This document shows, piece by piece, positions 14,813 to 25,276 of a stretch of DNA of 64,000 nucleotides. This DNA comes from Longimicrobiales bacterium (GTDB taxonomy: Bacteria; Gemmatimonadota; Gemmatimonadetes; Longimicrobiales; Gaopeijiaceae): positions 192,001-256,000 of the forward strand of contig CBDFMQ010000002.1 in NCBI GenBank assembly GCA_965249725.1. The letters are read 5' to 3'. Below the pieces are notes generated by a model. That model was not told where the DNA came from, did not search any database, and saw only the letters and a list, made by a program, of their open reading frames with translations. The translations under genes were made by a program, and so were the position numbers. Every line of letters begins with the position of its first letter. Position 1 is the first letter of the stretch.

Positions 14813-17266
14813 ATGCCGGCCAAGGAACTGTGGAATGAGGCCAAGCTGGCCGCTCGAACGCTTCTCCGGGCACCGGCATTTTCGATCCTGGTAGTCGCTA
14901 CGCTCGCCCTGGGCGTAGGCGCCAACACAGCCGTCTTTACGGCCTTGGACGCAGTCCTTCTCGCTCCGCTCCCCTACGACCAACCCGAGCGCTTAGTGCG
15001 TCTCTACGAGGATTGGATCGAGGACGACGAGCCGGGATTCCAGTTCCTGCGGGGCGCAGCCGTCCTGGAGTATCGCCAGTGGGAAGACGTCTTCGAGTCT
15101 CTCGGCGTCCTCTACACCTATCGCGAGATGGGTGGAGACCTGACGGACGGAGACCAGCCCGAACGTGTCATCGTCTCGTATGCCGACGCCGGCCTCTTCG
15201 AGTCGCTCGGGGTGGAGCCGCTCATGGGCCGAGCCCTGCTCGAAGAAGAGAGCATCTTTCCCGGGGAGGTGGTGGGTCGATCGCCCGGTGCCCCGGTCGC
15301 CGTGTTGTCCTTCGGGCTCTGGGAGCGGCGCTTTGCTGCGGATCCCGGCGTCGTGGGAAGGGCGGTCCAGCTCGACGGTAGCACGTTCCAAGTCGTAGGC
15401 GTGATGCCCAGCGGCTTCACCAACCCGTTCGGAAGCGCTCCCGACCTGTGGGTCCCACAGGACCTGCGCCTGGGTGGGTACAACAGTTGGGGCAACCACT
15501 ACCTGTCGGCGGTCGCTCGCTTGAGGGAGGGCGTTTCTCTAGATCTGGCCCAGGAGCGGGTGAACGCCCTGGTGGCCGGTCTCGTCGAAGCGAACGGTGA
15601 TGCGGAGGGATGGGCCGTCCAGCTCCACCCCCTTCGTGACGACGTGGTGGGCGAGAATCGTCGGACGATGCTCTGGATCCTGGCGGTGGCCGTGGGCCTC
15701 GTCCTTCTGAGCGCATGTGTCAACGTGGGCAATCTGGTCTTCGCCCGGAGCCTGGGGCGGGGCCGAGACCTGGCGGTGCGAGGGGCACTCGGGTCTGGCC
15801 GAACACGGCTCATGGCCCACCTGCTCATGGAGAGCGTGATTCTGGCGGTGGTCGGTGGCCTCGCCGGTGTGGCCGTCGGATGGGCGGGCATCCGGGGCAT
15901 TCTGATGCTCGCGCCGGACGCGCTCCCGGCGTTGGTGACACCGGAGCTCAGCGGACGCGTGTTCGTGGTGGCGCTTGGCGCGACCACACTGGCCCTTGGT
16001 CTCTTCGGCCTGGTGCCGGCGCTTCGCTTCTCCCTCACCTCGCCGGCCGACGCGCTGCGGGCCGGCGGTCGCTCCGGTACCGAGGGGCGCGGGCTTCGAG
16101 GCGTGCGTAACGCGCTCGTCGTCACGCAGGTGGCCGTCGCTCTGGTGCTCATGGTCGGTGCCGGGCTGTTGGTGCGGAGCTTCGCAGAGGTCCAGAGGGT
16201 GGACTTGGGCTTCAACGCTGACGGGGTGCTCACATACGAGGTACATCTCCCGGAAGCCCGTTATCCGGATGGTGACAGCCGGCACGTCTTCCATGAGACC
16301 CTGCACGACCGTGTCGCCGACCTTCCCGGTGTAGAGGCTGTCGGGGCCACGTCGTGGCTCCCGGTCAGCGGACGATACCACATCTGGGGAGTGACACCCG
16401 ACGTCGACCGCGTCGATGAGTCCGACCGCTGGGAAGGCGTGGATATGCGCTTCTTCGTGGGCGACTACTTCGAGGCCATGGGCGTCTCCATGGTCCAGGG
16501 CGCGGCTCCGAAGGACGTAGACGCCGAGGGCACTTTGCCCATATGGGTCAACCAGCAGTATGCCGACGCCATGTTCCCCGACGGTGACGCGATAGGTGCC
16601 CTGCTGCTCGCAGCCGGAGAGAACCGCAGGATCACCGGGGTCGTAGACGACGTGGCGTACGAGCCGCGCGGAGCGACGTCGTTCAAGGCGTACGTCCCAC
16701 ATGCGAATCATGCCGACGATCGGAACTGGGCACTGATCCAGACCGTCCGGGCCCGGGGCGACCTAGGTGCGTTGAGGGAGCGGGTTCGGGACGAGCTGAG
16801 TGCCGTGGATCCACAGTTGGTCCTGTTCCGCCCACGTCCCATGCAGAGCCTTCTGGCCTCCGCACAGGCTCAGGATCGGTTTGCCGCGAGCCTAATGGGC
16901 ATATTCGCCGTCTTGGCGCTCGTCCTGTCGGCGGTGGGTACCTATGGCGTACTGGCCACGGCGGTGGCGCGCAGGGGCAAGGAGATCGGCATCCGGATCG
17001 CGCTGGGTGCGGACGCGGCGGCCGTCCGGGGCATGGTACTCGGGTCGGCGATCGGTATGACCACCGGCGGTGCGATTCTGGGAGCGGTAGGTGCCTGGGC
17101 GGGATCCCGGTGGCTCCAAAGCCTGCTCTTCGAGGTGAGTGCCGCCGATCCGACCGTGATGGCCACGTCGGTCGTGCTCCTCGTTGTGCTCGGCGGCATG
17201 GCAGCCTGGGTGCCGGCTCGACGAGCAACAGGAGTGGATCCCGCGAGGGCGCTTACGACGGAATAG
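14813..17266 (+). CDS. ADOP-type duplicated ABC permease (MacB/FtsX-like)
   Basis: TLALGVGANTAVF, duplicated RxxExGIRxALGA motifs, PARRATGVDP C-terminus. Confidence 0.9.
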   Translation: MPAKELWNEAKLAARTLLRAPAFSILVVATLALGVGANTAVFTALDAVLLAPLPYDQPERLVRLYEDWIEDDEPGFQFLRGAAVLEYRQWEDVFESLGVLYTYREMGGDLTDGDQPERVIVSYADAGLFESLGVEPLMGRALLEEESIFPGEVVGRSPGAPVAVLSFGLWERRFAADPGVVGRAVQLDGSTFQVVGVMPSGFTNPFGSAPDLWVPQDLRLGGYNSWGNHYLSAVARLREGVSLDLAQERVNALVAGLVEANGDAEGWAVQLHPLRDDVVGENRRTMLWILAVAVGLVLLSACVNVGNLVFARSLGRGRDLAVRGALGSGRTRLMAHLLMESVILAVVGGLAGVAVGWAGIRGILMLAPDALPALVTPELSGRVFVVALGATTLALGLFGLVPALRFSLTSPADALRAGGRSGTEGRGLRGVRNALVVTQVAVALVLMVGAGLLVRSFAEVQRVDLGFNADGVLTYEVHLPEARYPDGDSRHVFHETLHDRVADLPGVEAVGATSWLPVSGRYHIWGVTPDVDRVDESDRWEGVDMRFFVGDYFEAMGVSMVQGAAPKDVDAEGTLPIWVNQQYADAMFPDGDAIGALLLAAGENRRITGVVDDVAYEPRGATSFKAYVPHANHADDRNWALIQTVRARGDLGALRERVRDELSAVDPQLVLFRPRPMQSLLASAQAQDRFAASLMGIFAVLALVLSAVGTYGVLATAVARRGKEIGIRIALGADAAAVRGMVLGSAIGMTTGGAILGAVGAWAGSRWLQSLLFEVSAADPTVMATSVVLLVVLGGMAAWVPARRATGVDPARALTTE

Positions 17267-17403
17267 GTAGGGCCGCGGACGACCGCGAGAGTGAGCGCGA
17301 CGGCGACGGCGCCGACGGAGGAATTGGCGCTCCTCGTTTATGGCGATTACCCTAAGGCCAGCGCCCGCCGACAGCCCATCCGTCTCTTGCTCCGGAGGAA
17401 ACA

Positions 17404-19323
17404 ATGAGAGACCTGCATCGCGCGTATCTTGACGGCCAACTCTCGCGGAGGTCGTTCTTCCAGGGGCTTGTCGCTGCAGGGTTTACGACCGCGGCTGCCG
17501 GCTCGATGGTGGATGCAGCCGAGACGGGATCCGTCGAAGTCGACCTCGACGACACCCTCGACGACTCCTTCTATACGGTGACGGGTACCGGAGCCGACCT
17601 CCTCACCGAGCAGGTCAAAGCGGCGGGCTCCAAGTACATCTTCACGAATCCCGGCTCGGTCGAGGCGGGATTCTTCGACGCCCTGACGGATCGTCCCGAA
17701 CTCCAGGTCGTGATGGGCCTCCACGAGGGCATCGTGATCCCGATGGCCGACGGCTACAACAAGGTCACCGGGACCCCCGCCTTCGTGAACGTGCACACCG
17801 TAGCGGGCACGGCCCAAAGCGCCGGGCAGCTCTACAACGCCCACAAGTACGGCGCGGCCATGATCGTCACGGCGGGGCTCCAGGACAACACGGTCTACAG
17901 TGATGACGTCGGGCTCGCTCCGGCCCCGGGGTTCAGCCAGATCGAGACGGCTCGGCAGTTCACGAAGATCTCCTGGGAGGTCCGTACCGCCGCGTCCGCG
18001 GCCGTTGCCATCCGGCGTGCCTACAAGGTCGCCTCGACGGCGCCGGGCGGGCCCGTCTACGTCGCTTTCAGTCGCTCGGCATTCAATGACAAGGCGAGCG
18101 GACCGATATGGCCGGGCGAGAACTTCATGATCGACGCCAGGCCGCGGCCGGCCGTCGACAAGGTGGAGGCCCTGGCCCGCATGCTGATCGAGGCGTCCCG
18201 GCCGATCATCCTCTACGGTGACGAGATCTGGCGGGCCGGCGCGCAGGCCGAAGCCGTCGAGCTGGCCGAGCTTCTCGGCCTACCCGCATCCACCGGGTGG
18301 AACGCCTATAGCAACTTCCCCACGCTGCACCCGCAGTACGTGGGTGGGTTTGCTCCCAACGCCGAGTATCCGCGCGGCAGCGCGGATCTGGTGATCCAAT
18401 TCGGGACTCGTGATCCCGGCGGCGCCGGCATTCCGGACGGCACCCTCCTCGATGCGAACGCGAAGTTCGTCGCGGTGGGGATCGACACCAACATGCTTGG
18501 TCGTACGCAGCCGATGGACCTCGCGATCGTCGCCGACGTTCGTGAGACGGCCCGCGACGTAATGGAAGCCGTCAAGTCGATGGTCACCAAGGATCGTCTC
18601 AACAAGATCAGAGAGGAGCGTCTCAGCCTCGTTCTGCCAGCCGTGGAATCGAGGAAGGCGAACCATCTCGCCTCGGCAAAGGCCAACTTCAACCGCAGCC
18701 CCATCCATCCGGATCAGGTGGACTGGGAGCTGGAGCAGGCGGCCGATCCGAACGCCATCATCGTCGAGGAGAACTTCACTGGACGCCACAACTTCCAGAA
18801 CTTCGGTTACAAGGACGATCAGAAGTTGAGGCTCACCAAGGGTGGGTCGCTTGGGTGGGGCGTAGGTGCGGCGATCGGCGCCAAGGTGGGAGCTCCGGAC
18901 CGGCAGGTCATCCTATCCATCGGGGACGGCGCGCTCATGTACAGCGCTTCGGGGTTCTGGACGATGGCTCGGTACGAGATTCCGCTGCTGACCTTGGTAT
19001 GCAACAATCACAACTACCAGACGGTCCGGCACGCATTCCACAATCTCGGTGGCCGCATGGCCGAGACGGGCAACTACCATGGGATGTACCTCGGCAACCC
19101 GGAGATCGATTTCGTGGGTTTGGCAGCGAGCCAAGGGGTACGTGGGAGCCGCGTGACAGCCGCCAGCGAGCTCGGCGACGCCCTCAAGGAGGGCATCAAG
19201 GAGACGAAGAACGGCCGCCCCTACATGCTCGAGATTATGATCTCACGCACGGGTGGTGGTGCTGAGTCGGACTGGCATCACAAGATGAGCGTGGCGGATC
19301 TACAAGCGAAGACGGATGGATAG
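17404..19323 (+). CDS. Thiamine-diphosphate-dependent enzyme (benzoylformate decarboxylase/ALS-like) with twin-arginine-like N-terminus
   Basis: NPGSVE, LHEG...MADGY, GDGALMY...NN ThDP motif; N-terminal LSRRSFFQGL. Confidence 0.85.
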   Translation: MRDLHRAYLDGQLSRRSFFQGLVAAGFTTAAAGSMVDAAETGSVEVDLDDTLDDSFYTVTGTGADLLTEQVKAAGSKYIFTNPGSVEAGFFDALTDRPELQVVMGLHEGIVIPMADGYNKVTGTPAFVNVHTVAGTAQSAGQLYNAHKYGAAMIVTAGLQDNTVYSDDVGLAPAPGFSQIETARQFTKISWEVRTAASAAVAIRRAYKVASTAPGGPVYVAFSRSAFNDKASGPIWPGENFMIDARPRPAVDKVEALARMLIEASRPIILYGDEIWRAGAQAEAVELAELLGLPASTGWNAYSNFPTLHPQYVGGFAPNAEYPRGSADLVIQFGTRDPGGAGIPDGTLLDANAKFVAVGIDTNMLGRTQPMDLAIVADVRETARDVMEAVKSMVTKDRLNKIREERLSLVLPAVESRKANHLASAKANFNRSPIHPDQVDWELEQAADPNAIIVEENFTGRHNFQNFGYKDDQKLRLTKGGSLGWGVGAAIGAKVGAPDRQVILSIGDGALMYSASGFWTMARYEIPLLTLVCNNHNYQTVRHAFHNLGGRMAETGNYHGMYLGNPEIDFVGLAASQGVRGSRVTAASELGDALKEGIKETKNGRPYMLEIMISRTGGGAESDWHHKMSVADLQAKTDG

Positions 19324-19353
19324 CCTCTAGAGGTCCATCTTACAGGCGGTATT

Positions 19354-19388
19354 CTCGCCCGCACTCGACTTGGCTGGGTGTGGGCGAG
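19354..19388. terminator. Hairpin between convergent genes
   Basis: CTCGCCCGCACTC / GGGTGTGGGCGAG inverted repeat. Confidence 0.5.
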
Positions 19389-19402
19389 TCCCTTTCTAGG
19401 TG

Positions 19403-19948
19403 CTAGCCCCGCGGCACGGCCAGGTCGACCGTCCCCACGTCGATCTCGACCGTTTGTCCGCCGGGCCGAAGATACACGGCGATCCGGTATTCTCCGTCGG
19501 GCAGGTCGTCACCCAGGATGGTGTATGCGCTCACGAGTCCCACCCGATACTCCGCGCTCTCGCCGGGAGACAATTCCACCTCTACCAGAGCCAGGGTGCA
19601 GTCCACCACATGACCGAGATCCCACGCCAGGTCACCCTGCGCGTCATAGGCCCTCATCAGCACCACACAGCCGTCGGGGAACGTCGCCGACTGGGTCGTG
19701 CCCGATTCGTTCCTGAGTACCACGGTGCCCCCGATCTGAACCGGGAAGGACTCGGCGACCGAGAACTCGGTCACACCATACGTGATTCCGTCGACCACCA
19801 TGGGATTCTGGAGATCGGGTCCGCTTACTGTGTCGTGGCAGGCCGCAAGGGCAACGGCCTGCAGGAGCGCGCCGCACACGGCGATGCCGCGCCACGCCAA
19901 GACCCCTCTATCAAGGCGTATCCGAGTAGTCGTCCGGCTCACGTTCAT
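19403..19948 (-). CDS. Lipoprotein with Ig-like (BsuPI-like) domain
   Basis: Lipobox LAA-C; VVLRNESG...FPDGC...LSPGES pattern. Confidence 0.6.
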   Translation of the reverse strand: MNVSRTTTRIRLDRGVLAWRGIAVCGALLQAVALAACHDTVSGPDLQNPMVVDGITYGVTEFSVAESFPVQIGGTVVLRNESGTTQSATFPDGCVVLMRAYDAQGDLAWDLGHVVDCTLALVEVELSPGESAEYRVGLVSAYTILGDDLPDGEYRIAVYLRPGGQTVEIDVGTVDLAVPRG

Positions 19949-20064
19949 CTATTCGATCTCCGGTGTTGTGACCGTTCGTGGGTCCGTGGTCTCAGCCACC
20001 GCTCCGATAGCCAACCACCGCTCGTAGACATAACGCCCGAGGGGGACGATTTGTGACACATAGA

Positions 20065-21507
20065 TCAGCGTATGACGTACCACTCCGTTTGGTAGGGCCG
20101 GAAATACTCGTATCCGTTCTCGGTGAGATGGCCGTCATCCTCCATCGGAATCGTCACCGTGCCCCCGTCATACTCCGGGACCGCCGTCGTCGCGCTGAAC
20201 TCGATGGAGCGGTAGGCGCCGTCTCGCAGGTAGGAGTCTCGGCCCGGCGGTGAGGACAGATCCATGTTCCGCGCGTTGATCGAAGGGCCGAGGGCGTGGC
20301 CGTGGTATCCGATGGGGTGGGAGTAGAGGCTCGGTAGGAAGTCCACGCCCCCGAGTTTGTCGGCGATCGCCAGGGTGGCCTCCCAACCCGTCATCCCGGG
20401 CCGAGGCTCGGAAGCGAACGCCTCGTGCACCAGGTTCGCGTTTCGCAGGGCGGCTTTCAGTCCCTCGGGTACGTCGTTCTCGCCATCCCGCAGGATGTAC
20501 GCCACCTTTTGCCAGTCGCTCGCAAAACCCAGGTAGTCGAACCCGCAGTCCAGGTGGATGATGTCTCCCTGCTGGAAGACGAGGTCGTCCGGAGCGGGGT
20601 GGACGTAGGGGATCATCTCGCCGGTATCGGCATCGTAGCGCTGAACCGCCACATGGATTTCGAACCACGGCTTCCCGCCGACGCCCAGCTCGGCGATGCT
20701 CTCCTCGAAGAACCACTTGATGTCCGCCGCTCGGGTCACACCAGGTGTGATGACCACATTCGAGAGGGCCCTCTGCGCGATCACGTCGGTGGCCAGCACG
20801 AGAGACCGATACGGCTCCAACTCGCCGGGCAGGCGCGTGTCGAACACCGATTCGATCAGCTGCGCCGCAGACACGAAGCGCGACTCGGCTTCGGGCCCGA
20901 GCGCATTCGCGAGGAACCGGTAGCTGTCATGGGTCAGGCCGCTGTCGTGACCACGGTTGCCGCCCATGTTCAGTCCGATGGTGGCGGGCTGATACTGATC
21001 CCACAGAGCTCGTAGTCCGGTAGGCGTGTCTTGGATACCTCTAGCGTTGCGGGCCGAGGGCATCGGTTCGAAGAACCGGCGGTAGTCCGCGGTGGGCCGC
21101 CAGTAGTCGGAATAGCTGGCGAGGCCGTCCGCCCCCCGGTCTACGAAGACCAGAACATCTCGCCGGCGTACGTATTGCAGCGGTGGCGCCACATACTGGG
21201 TCACGGCATCGGGATTGAACTCCTCGCTGACCACGATCCACATCTCGATACTGTGCTCGCGCATCTGCTCGAGGAGTAGGGGTCGCTTCTGTTCCAGCCA
21301 CTCCAGGCGCAGCTCGTACTGGGCCCGCATTCCGAGCAGCTCGGGCATCCCGGGGATCACACGGCCGTCGAACAACTCGATGGGACCCGCATGCACGTCG
21401 GCGTCGTTGCCGGACGGACGAGAAGCGGTGTCGATCCCGGTGCAGGACGTGAGAAACAAGCCCCAGATCGTGAACGCGAGGGGCACCAGTGGCTGCCGGC
21501 TGGTCAT
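20065..21507 (-). CDS. M24 family (Xaa-Pro) metallopeptidase, lipoprotein
   Basis: IHLDCG, SDWQK, HPIGYHGH, SIEF, MEDD ligand pattern; ATG 21507 coupled to the upstream stop. Confidence 0.8.
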   Translation of the reverse strand: MTSRQPLVPLAFTIWGLFLTSCTGIDTASRPSGNDADVHAGPIELFDGRVIPGMPELLGMRAQYELRLEWLEQKRPLLLEQMREHSIEMWIVVSEEFNPDAVTQYVAPPLQYVRRRDVLVFVDRGADGLASYSDYWRPTADYRRFFEPMPSARNARGIQDTPTGLRALWDQYQPATIGLNMGGNRGHDSGLTHDSYRFLANALGPEAESRFVSAAQLIESVFDTRLPGELEPYRSLVLATDVIAQRALSNVVITPGVTRAADIKWFFEESIAELGVGGKPWFEIHVAVQRYDADTGEMIPYVHPAPDDLVFQQGDIIHLDCGFDYLGFASDWQKVAYILRDGENDVPEGLKAALRNANLVHEAFASEPRPGMTGWEATLAIADKLGGVDFLPSLYSHPIGYHGHALGPSINARNMDLSSPPGRDSYLRDGAYRSIEFSATTAVPEYDGGTVTIPMEDDGHLTENGYEYFRPYQTEWYVIR

Positions 21508-22931
21508 ATACTGCACTCCTGGCCTTGGGCGTCTACCATCGGCAGGCCGGCATCGGCCCACGCGGTCATGCCGCCGGTCACGTTGTAGAGGTCGTTGAAG
21601 CCATAGCGCAACAACATGCTTATGGCCGTGCTCGAGCGATCGCCTCCGCCGCATATGACCGCGATCGCGTCGTCGGTCGCCAACTCGATCTTGTCGATCT
21701 GCGCCGGGACATCCAGCTGGGGCGCCATGCTCGTGTAGGGCATGAAGTGGGCTCCCTTGATGTGGCCCTCGTCCCATTCGTCACTCTCCCGCACATCGAG
21801 CGTGCGCAGGCCGTTGGTCGACAGCCTCTGGTGCACTTCGTCGACATCGATCTGGGGCGTCACCTCCAATGCGGGTCCCGCATCGGTCCAGGCGTCGACT
21901 CCACCGTCCAGGTAGCCGGCCACCAATCCATCCAGTGCCACGAACGCCATCTTGTAGACGCAGTCTTGCGCCTCTTCGGCGGTCTCGGTGAGCAGAAGGA
22001 GCGGTGTGTTGTCCGGGACGACCCATCCGACTCGCTGCTCGAACTCCGACGACGTGTGCTTCACGTGGTAGGAGCCGGGGATACGTCCGGCTCCGTATGC
22101 CTCCGACGAGCGCGTGTCGATCAACGCGTGCCCGGTCTCCATCAGCTCCTGCACCCGCTCCAGGGAGAGAGGCGCGGCCGAAGGGATCGTGGGGGTCAGC
22201 TCGAGATGGCCCTGATTCGTGGCCACGATATTCAGGATGTTCGCGGGCTTCAGTGGCTGATCTTCATCCATGTAGGCCCTAAACCGGTCCCGATCCTTGA
22301 TCTGGAGAGCGTCATTGTAGCGCCGCTCGTATCCGACACTTGTGACAACCTTGCCACTAGAGACGCGGCCTCAGGTGGAGCCGGCCAGGTGTCCTGGATA
22401 GACCTCCACGTGGTCGGGAAGGTCGAGGAAGCGTGGAATCGCCACGTCGAAGAGGACCGGTGCCCCCTCTTCACCCTCCTGGGCCAGGTCGGGGCGCGCC
22501 ACATCACCCACGAGCACGAAATCGGCCGTGAGAATAAACCAGGGCTCGGGCCCTCGGGGGTAGTCGTATACCAGAAGGTTGATCTGCTCGGGGCGATGGC
22601 CGGGTACATGGACGATCTCCATTCCGACCCCGCCCATCTCGATGAGGTCACCGTGCTTGACCCGAGTGGCTTCGTATGTGATCTCGGCCAATTGCGGCAG
22701 GATCAACTCGCCGCCTGTCGCCTCGGCGAGGAGTCGAGCTCCCGATACCTGGTCGGCATGGCTGTGGGAGTCGATGACGTATCGGATTGTCGAGCCTTGC
22801 TTCTTGGCCATGTCGCGGTAGGGTCGGATGTCCCAGAGGGGATCAAACACAGCACATTCGCCGGTGCGCTGGCATCCGATCATGTAGGCCGCGCAACCCG
22901 TTTCCTCGCGGATGATCGTCTCAAACCACAT
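21504..22931 (-). CDS. MBL-fold persulfide dioxygenase-like + tandem rhodanese fusion, probable selenoprotein (UGA at 22371-22373)
   Basis: ORFs 22371..22931 and 21504..22271 are in one frame, joined by YPGHLAGST-UGA-GRVSSGKVVTSVGYERRYN; UGA at the conserved Cys of GS-x-C-G; SECIS-like hairpin downstream. Confidence 0.8.
22342..22357 (-). promoter_or_regulatory. SECIS-like hairpin
   Basis: GUGGCA-AGGU-UGUCAC starting 14 nt after the UGA. Confidence 0.6.
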
Positions 22932-23113
22932 CGCCGTACTCCTTGGAGTGGGTGTTGCCGCCGTGCTCGAGGCCGGCTCACGACCCCGTAAAATAGCATC
23001 TGCCGGGCAAAACGCATCTGTACAGGAATGCCGATTCTACGTAATCCTACGTATCGAATCTCACTTCTCCTTGAGGCATAGTTCGTACCGAGTCCGTTTT
23101 CAAAGGAGGAGAC

Positions 23114-24325
23114 ATGAATTCGAGACTGGCACGCGCGGCCGTGCGAATAGTGATTCTGCTCGCATCGCCGGTTTCCGTACTTCAGGCCCAGGAGGCTCCG
23201 ACCCGGGAAGCTCCGACCCAGACCGGATGGGAGCCGAACGGTCTCCCCGCGATCAACTACGACTCCGACGAGGGCTTCGGGTACGGAGTCCTGCTCGAGC
23301 TCTACAACTACGGGGACGGTGGGTACGCCCCATATCGATTCACTGTTCAGCCGACGGTCTTCCTGACCACGGGAGGCCGCAGGGACTTCACGCTCTTTTT
23401 CGACACACCCCATCTCTTGCCTGCGGGCTGGCGGGCCGATGTGGATCTCGGGAGCGAGAAGCAGATCGCGTCGCCGTACTATGGGCCCGGCAACGCGTCG
23501 GTCTATGACGAGGCCCTGGAGGATACCGAGGGCCAGTATTTCTACCGCTTCGGACGCACTCGCAGGCGTGCTTCGGTGAACCTCCAGCGGACGATCGGTA
23601 GTCTGCCGCTCCGCCTCCTGATGGGGGCTGGCATCAACCGCACGACGATCGAGTCGCAGCCTGAAGACGCGGTGGAGACGCTGCTCCGTCAGGACTATAC
23701 GGGTCGGGCGATTCCCGAGGGGTGGTCCAACCACGTTCGGTTCGGACTGGTGTGGGATACGCGGGATCGTGAGACGGGTCCACGCAGCGGCACCTGGACC
23801 GAGATTCTGGTACAAGGGGTCCCCGAGTTTCTTGGTAATGACACGGGATACTTGCGTTGGACCTTTACCGACCGGCGGTATTACCCGATGGGTGACCGTC
23901 TAACGTTTGCCAATCGGTTCTTGATCCAGAACATCGACGGCGTCGCGCCGTTCTACGACCAGTACGTGGTACAGTCTTCCTTCAAGTCGCAGGAGGGGCT
24001 CGGTGGGGCCAAGACCCTGAGAGGCATTCCCAAGAATCGCTATGTGGGGAAGGGCATGTTCCTCTGGAATGCGGAGCTCCGATGGAGGGCGTACGATTTC
24101 GAAATGCTGAACCGACCCTTCCATCTGGTTCTATCGGGCTTCGTGGACTCGGGGCGGGTGTGGGCGGACGGACTGGAGTGGGAGTCGCTGGTATCCGACC
24201 TCCATACGGGGTTCGGAGGCGGTGTGCGAATCGGAGTGGGCGAGAACTTCGTTGTGGCCGTCGACGTGGGCCACTCGAGCGAGGCCACCGCGCCGTTCTA
24301 CATCGGCCTCGGGTATCTGTTCTGA
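23114..24325 (+). CDS. Omp85/BamA-TamA family outer membrane beta-barrel (no POTRA)
   Basis: YDSDEGFGYG, LGGAKTLRG, FVDSGRVW, terminal YLF; signal peptide. Confidence 0.85.
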   Translation: MNSRLARAAVRIVILLASPVSVLQAQEAPTREAPTQTGWEPNGLPAINYDSDEGFGYGVLLELYNYGDGGYAPYRFTVQPTVFLTTGGRRDFTLFFDTPHLLPAGWRADVDLGSEKQIASPYYGPGNASVYDEALEDTEGQYFYRFGRTRRRASVNLQRTIGSLPLRLLMGAGINRTTIESQPEDAVETLLRQDYTGRAIPEGWSNHVRFGLVWDTRDRETGPRSGTWTEILVQGVPEFLGNDTGYLRWTFTDRRYYPMGDRLTFANRFLIQNIDGVAPFYDQYVVQSSFKSQEGLGGAKTLRGIPKNRYVGKGMFLWNAELRWRAYDFEMLNRPFHLVLSGFVDSGRVWADGLEWESLVSDLHTGFGGGVRIGVGENFVVAVDVGHSSEATAPFYIGLGYLF

Positions 24326-25263
24326 GTAGCCGTGAGAGGGGTGCGCCAGGGGGTGCGCCAGGGGGTGCGCCAGGGGGTGCGCCAGGGGGTGCGCCGGGGG
24401 ACATCGATCACCTGGTGCTCAGCGTGCCCGATTTGGACCAGGCGCTAGCTGCTTATTCACTCATGGGCTTTCAAGTCTCGCCGAGGGCCGAGCACGATGC
24501 GCTCGGGACGGCCAACCACGTGTTCGTCTTCGACTCAACGTATTGTGAGCTTCTCGGTGTCGTGCGGCCGGAGGTCGCGAAGACATCGGTGGGCGGTGCA
24601 CTGGCCGCAGGCTCGGGAGTCTCGGGGCTCGCGCTTCGCGGGAGCGCGGATGGAGCCCGTGCCGACTACGCCGAGCACGGCATCGTGGCGGGCGACGCCA
24701 TCGAGTTCTCGCGCGACGCCAGAGTGCGCGATGAGGTCCGAAGGGCGCGTTTCCGGATCAGTAGGCTCGAGGAGAACGCGTTGCCGGGGTTCTTCACCTT
24801 CGTGTGCGAGCACCTCACTCCGGACTTCGTATGGTACGCCGGGGCGGCGCTGCACCCGAATGGCGTTACGCGGATCGCAGAAGTGATCGTGCAAGCCGAC
24901 GATCCGGCGGGGGCCACCAGTCACTTCGAGCGTATTCGGCTCGGTGCCGTAAGCGAGGAGGGGGGATTCTGGGTGGCGAATCTGGGGCCCCGGCTCACGT
25001 TCCACACGCCCAGAGAGCTCGGTGACCTCTATCCGGGGCTCAACCCGGGTCCGTTGCCGCCGTCTGCAGGGGTCCGGAGCTCCGGCGTGCCGACAGACTC
25101 GGTGATGTCGGGTACGGGCGTGGTCTTCTCGACCGCGTCGATCGGCGATGCGGTATCGTGTCTCGAGGAGGGAGGCCTGCCCTACGGGACCACCGAGAGA
25201 GGGTCGGTCTACCTGCTCCCCGAGGCCGCCTGTGGGACACTTGTGGAGTTCCGGCAGGTCTGA
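24322..25263 (+). CDS. VOC/glyoxalase-like domain protein with N-terminal (GAPG)5
   Basis: IDHLVLSVPDLD...GTANH...YCELL; start uncertain (possible CTG overlapping the upstream TGA). Confidence 0.7.
   Translation: MSSRERGAPGGAPGGAPGGAPGGAPGDIDHLVLSVPDLDQALAAYSLMGFQVSPRAEHDALGTANHVFVFDSTYCELLGVVRPEVAKTSVGGALAAGSGVSGLALRGSADGARADYAEHGIVAGDAIEFSRDARVRDEVRRARFRISRLEENALPGFFTFVCEHLTPDFVWYAGAALHPNGVTRIAEVIVQADDPAGATSHFERIRLGAVSEEGGFWVANLGPRLTFHTPRELGDLYPGLNPGPLPPSAGVRSSGVPTDSVMSGTGVVFSTASIGDAVSCLEEGGLPYGTTERGSVYLLPEAACGTLVEFRQV
24338..24397 (+). repeat. 12-bp tandem repeat x5 (GGGGTGCGCCAG)
   Basis: Four perfect copies plus one with a single mismatch. Confidence 0.95.
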
Positions 25264-25276
25264 ACTTCGGCTCGCG

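Noticed and set aside
24338..24397. CRISPR array
   Set aside because: Contiguous 12-bp units without spacers, and no cas genes. No CRISPR array was seen anywhere in the window, so a CRISPR-associated role for the RT is unsupported here.
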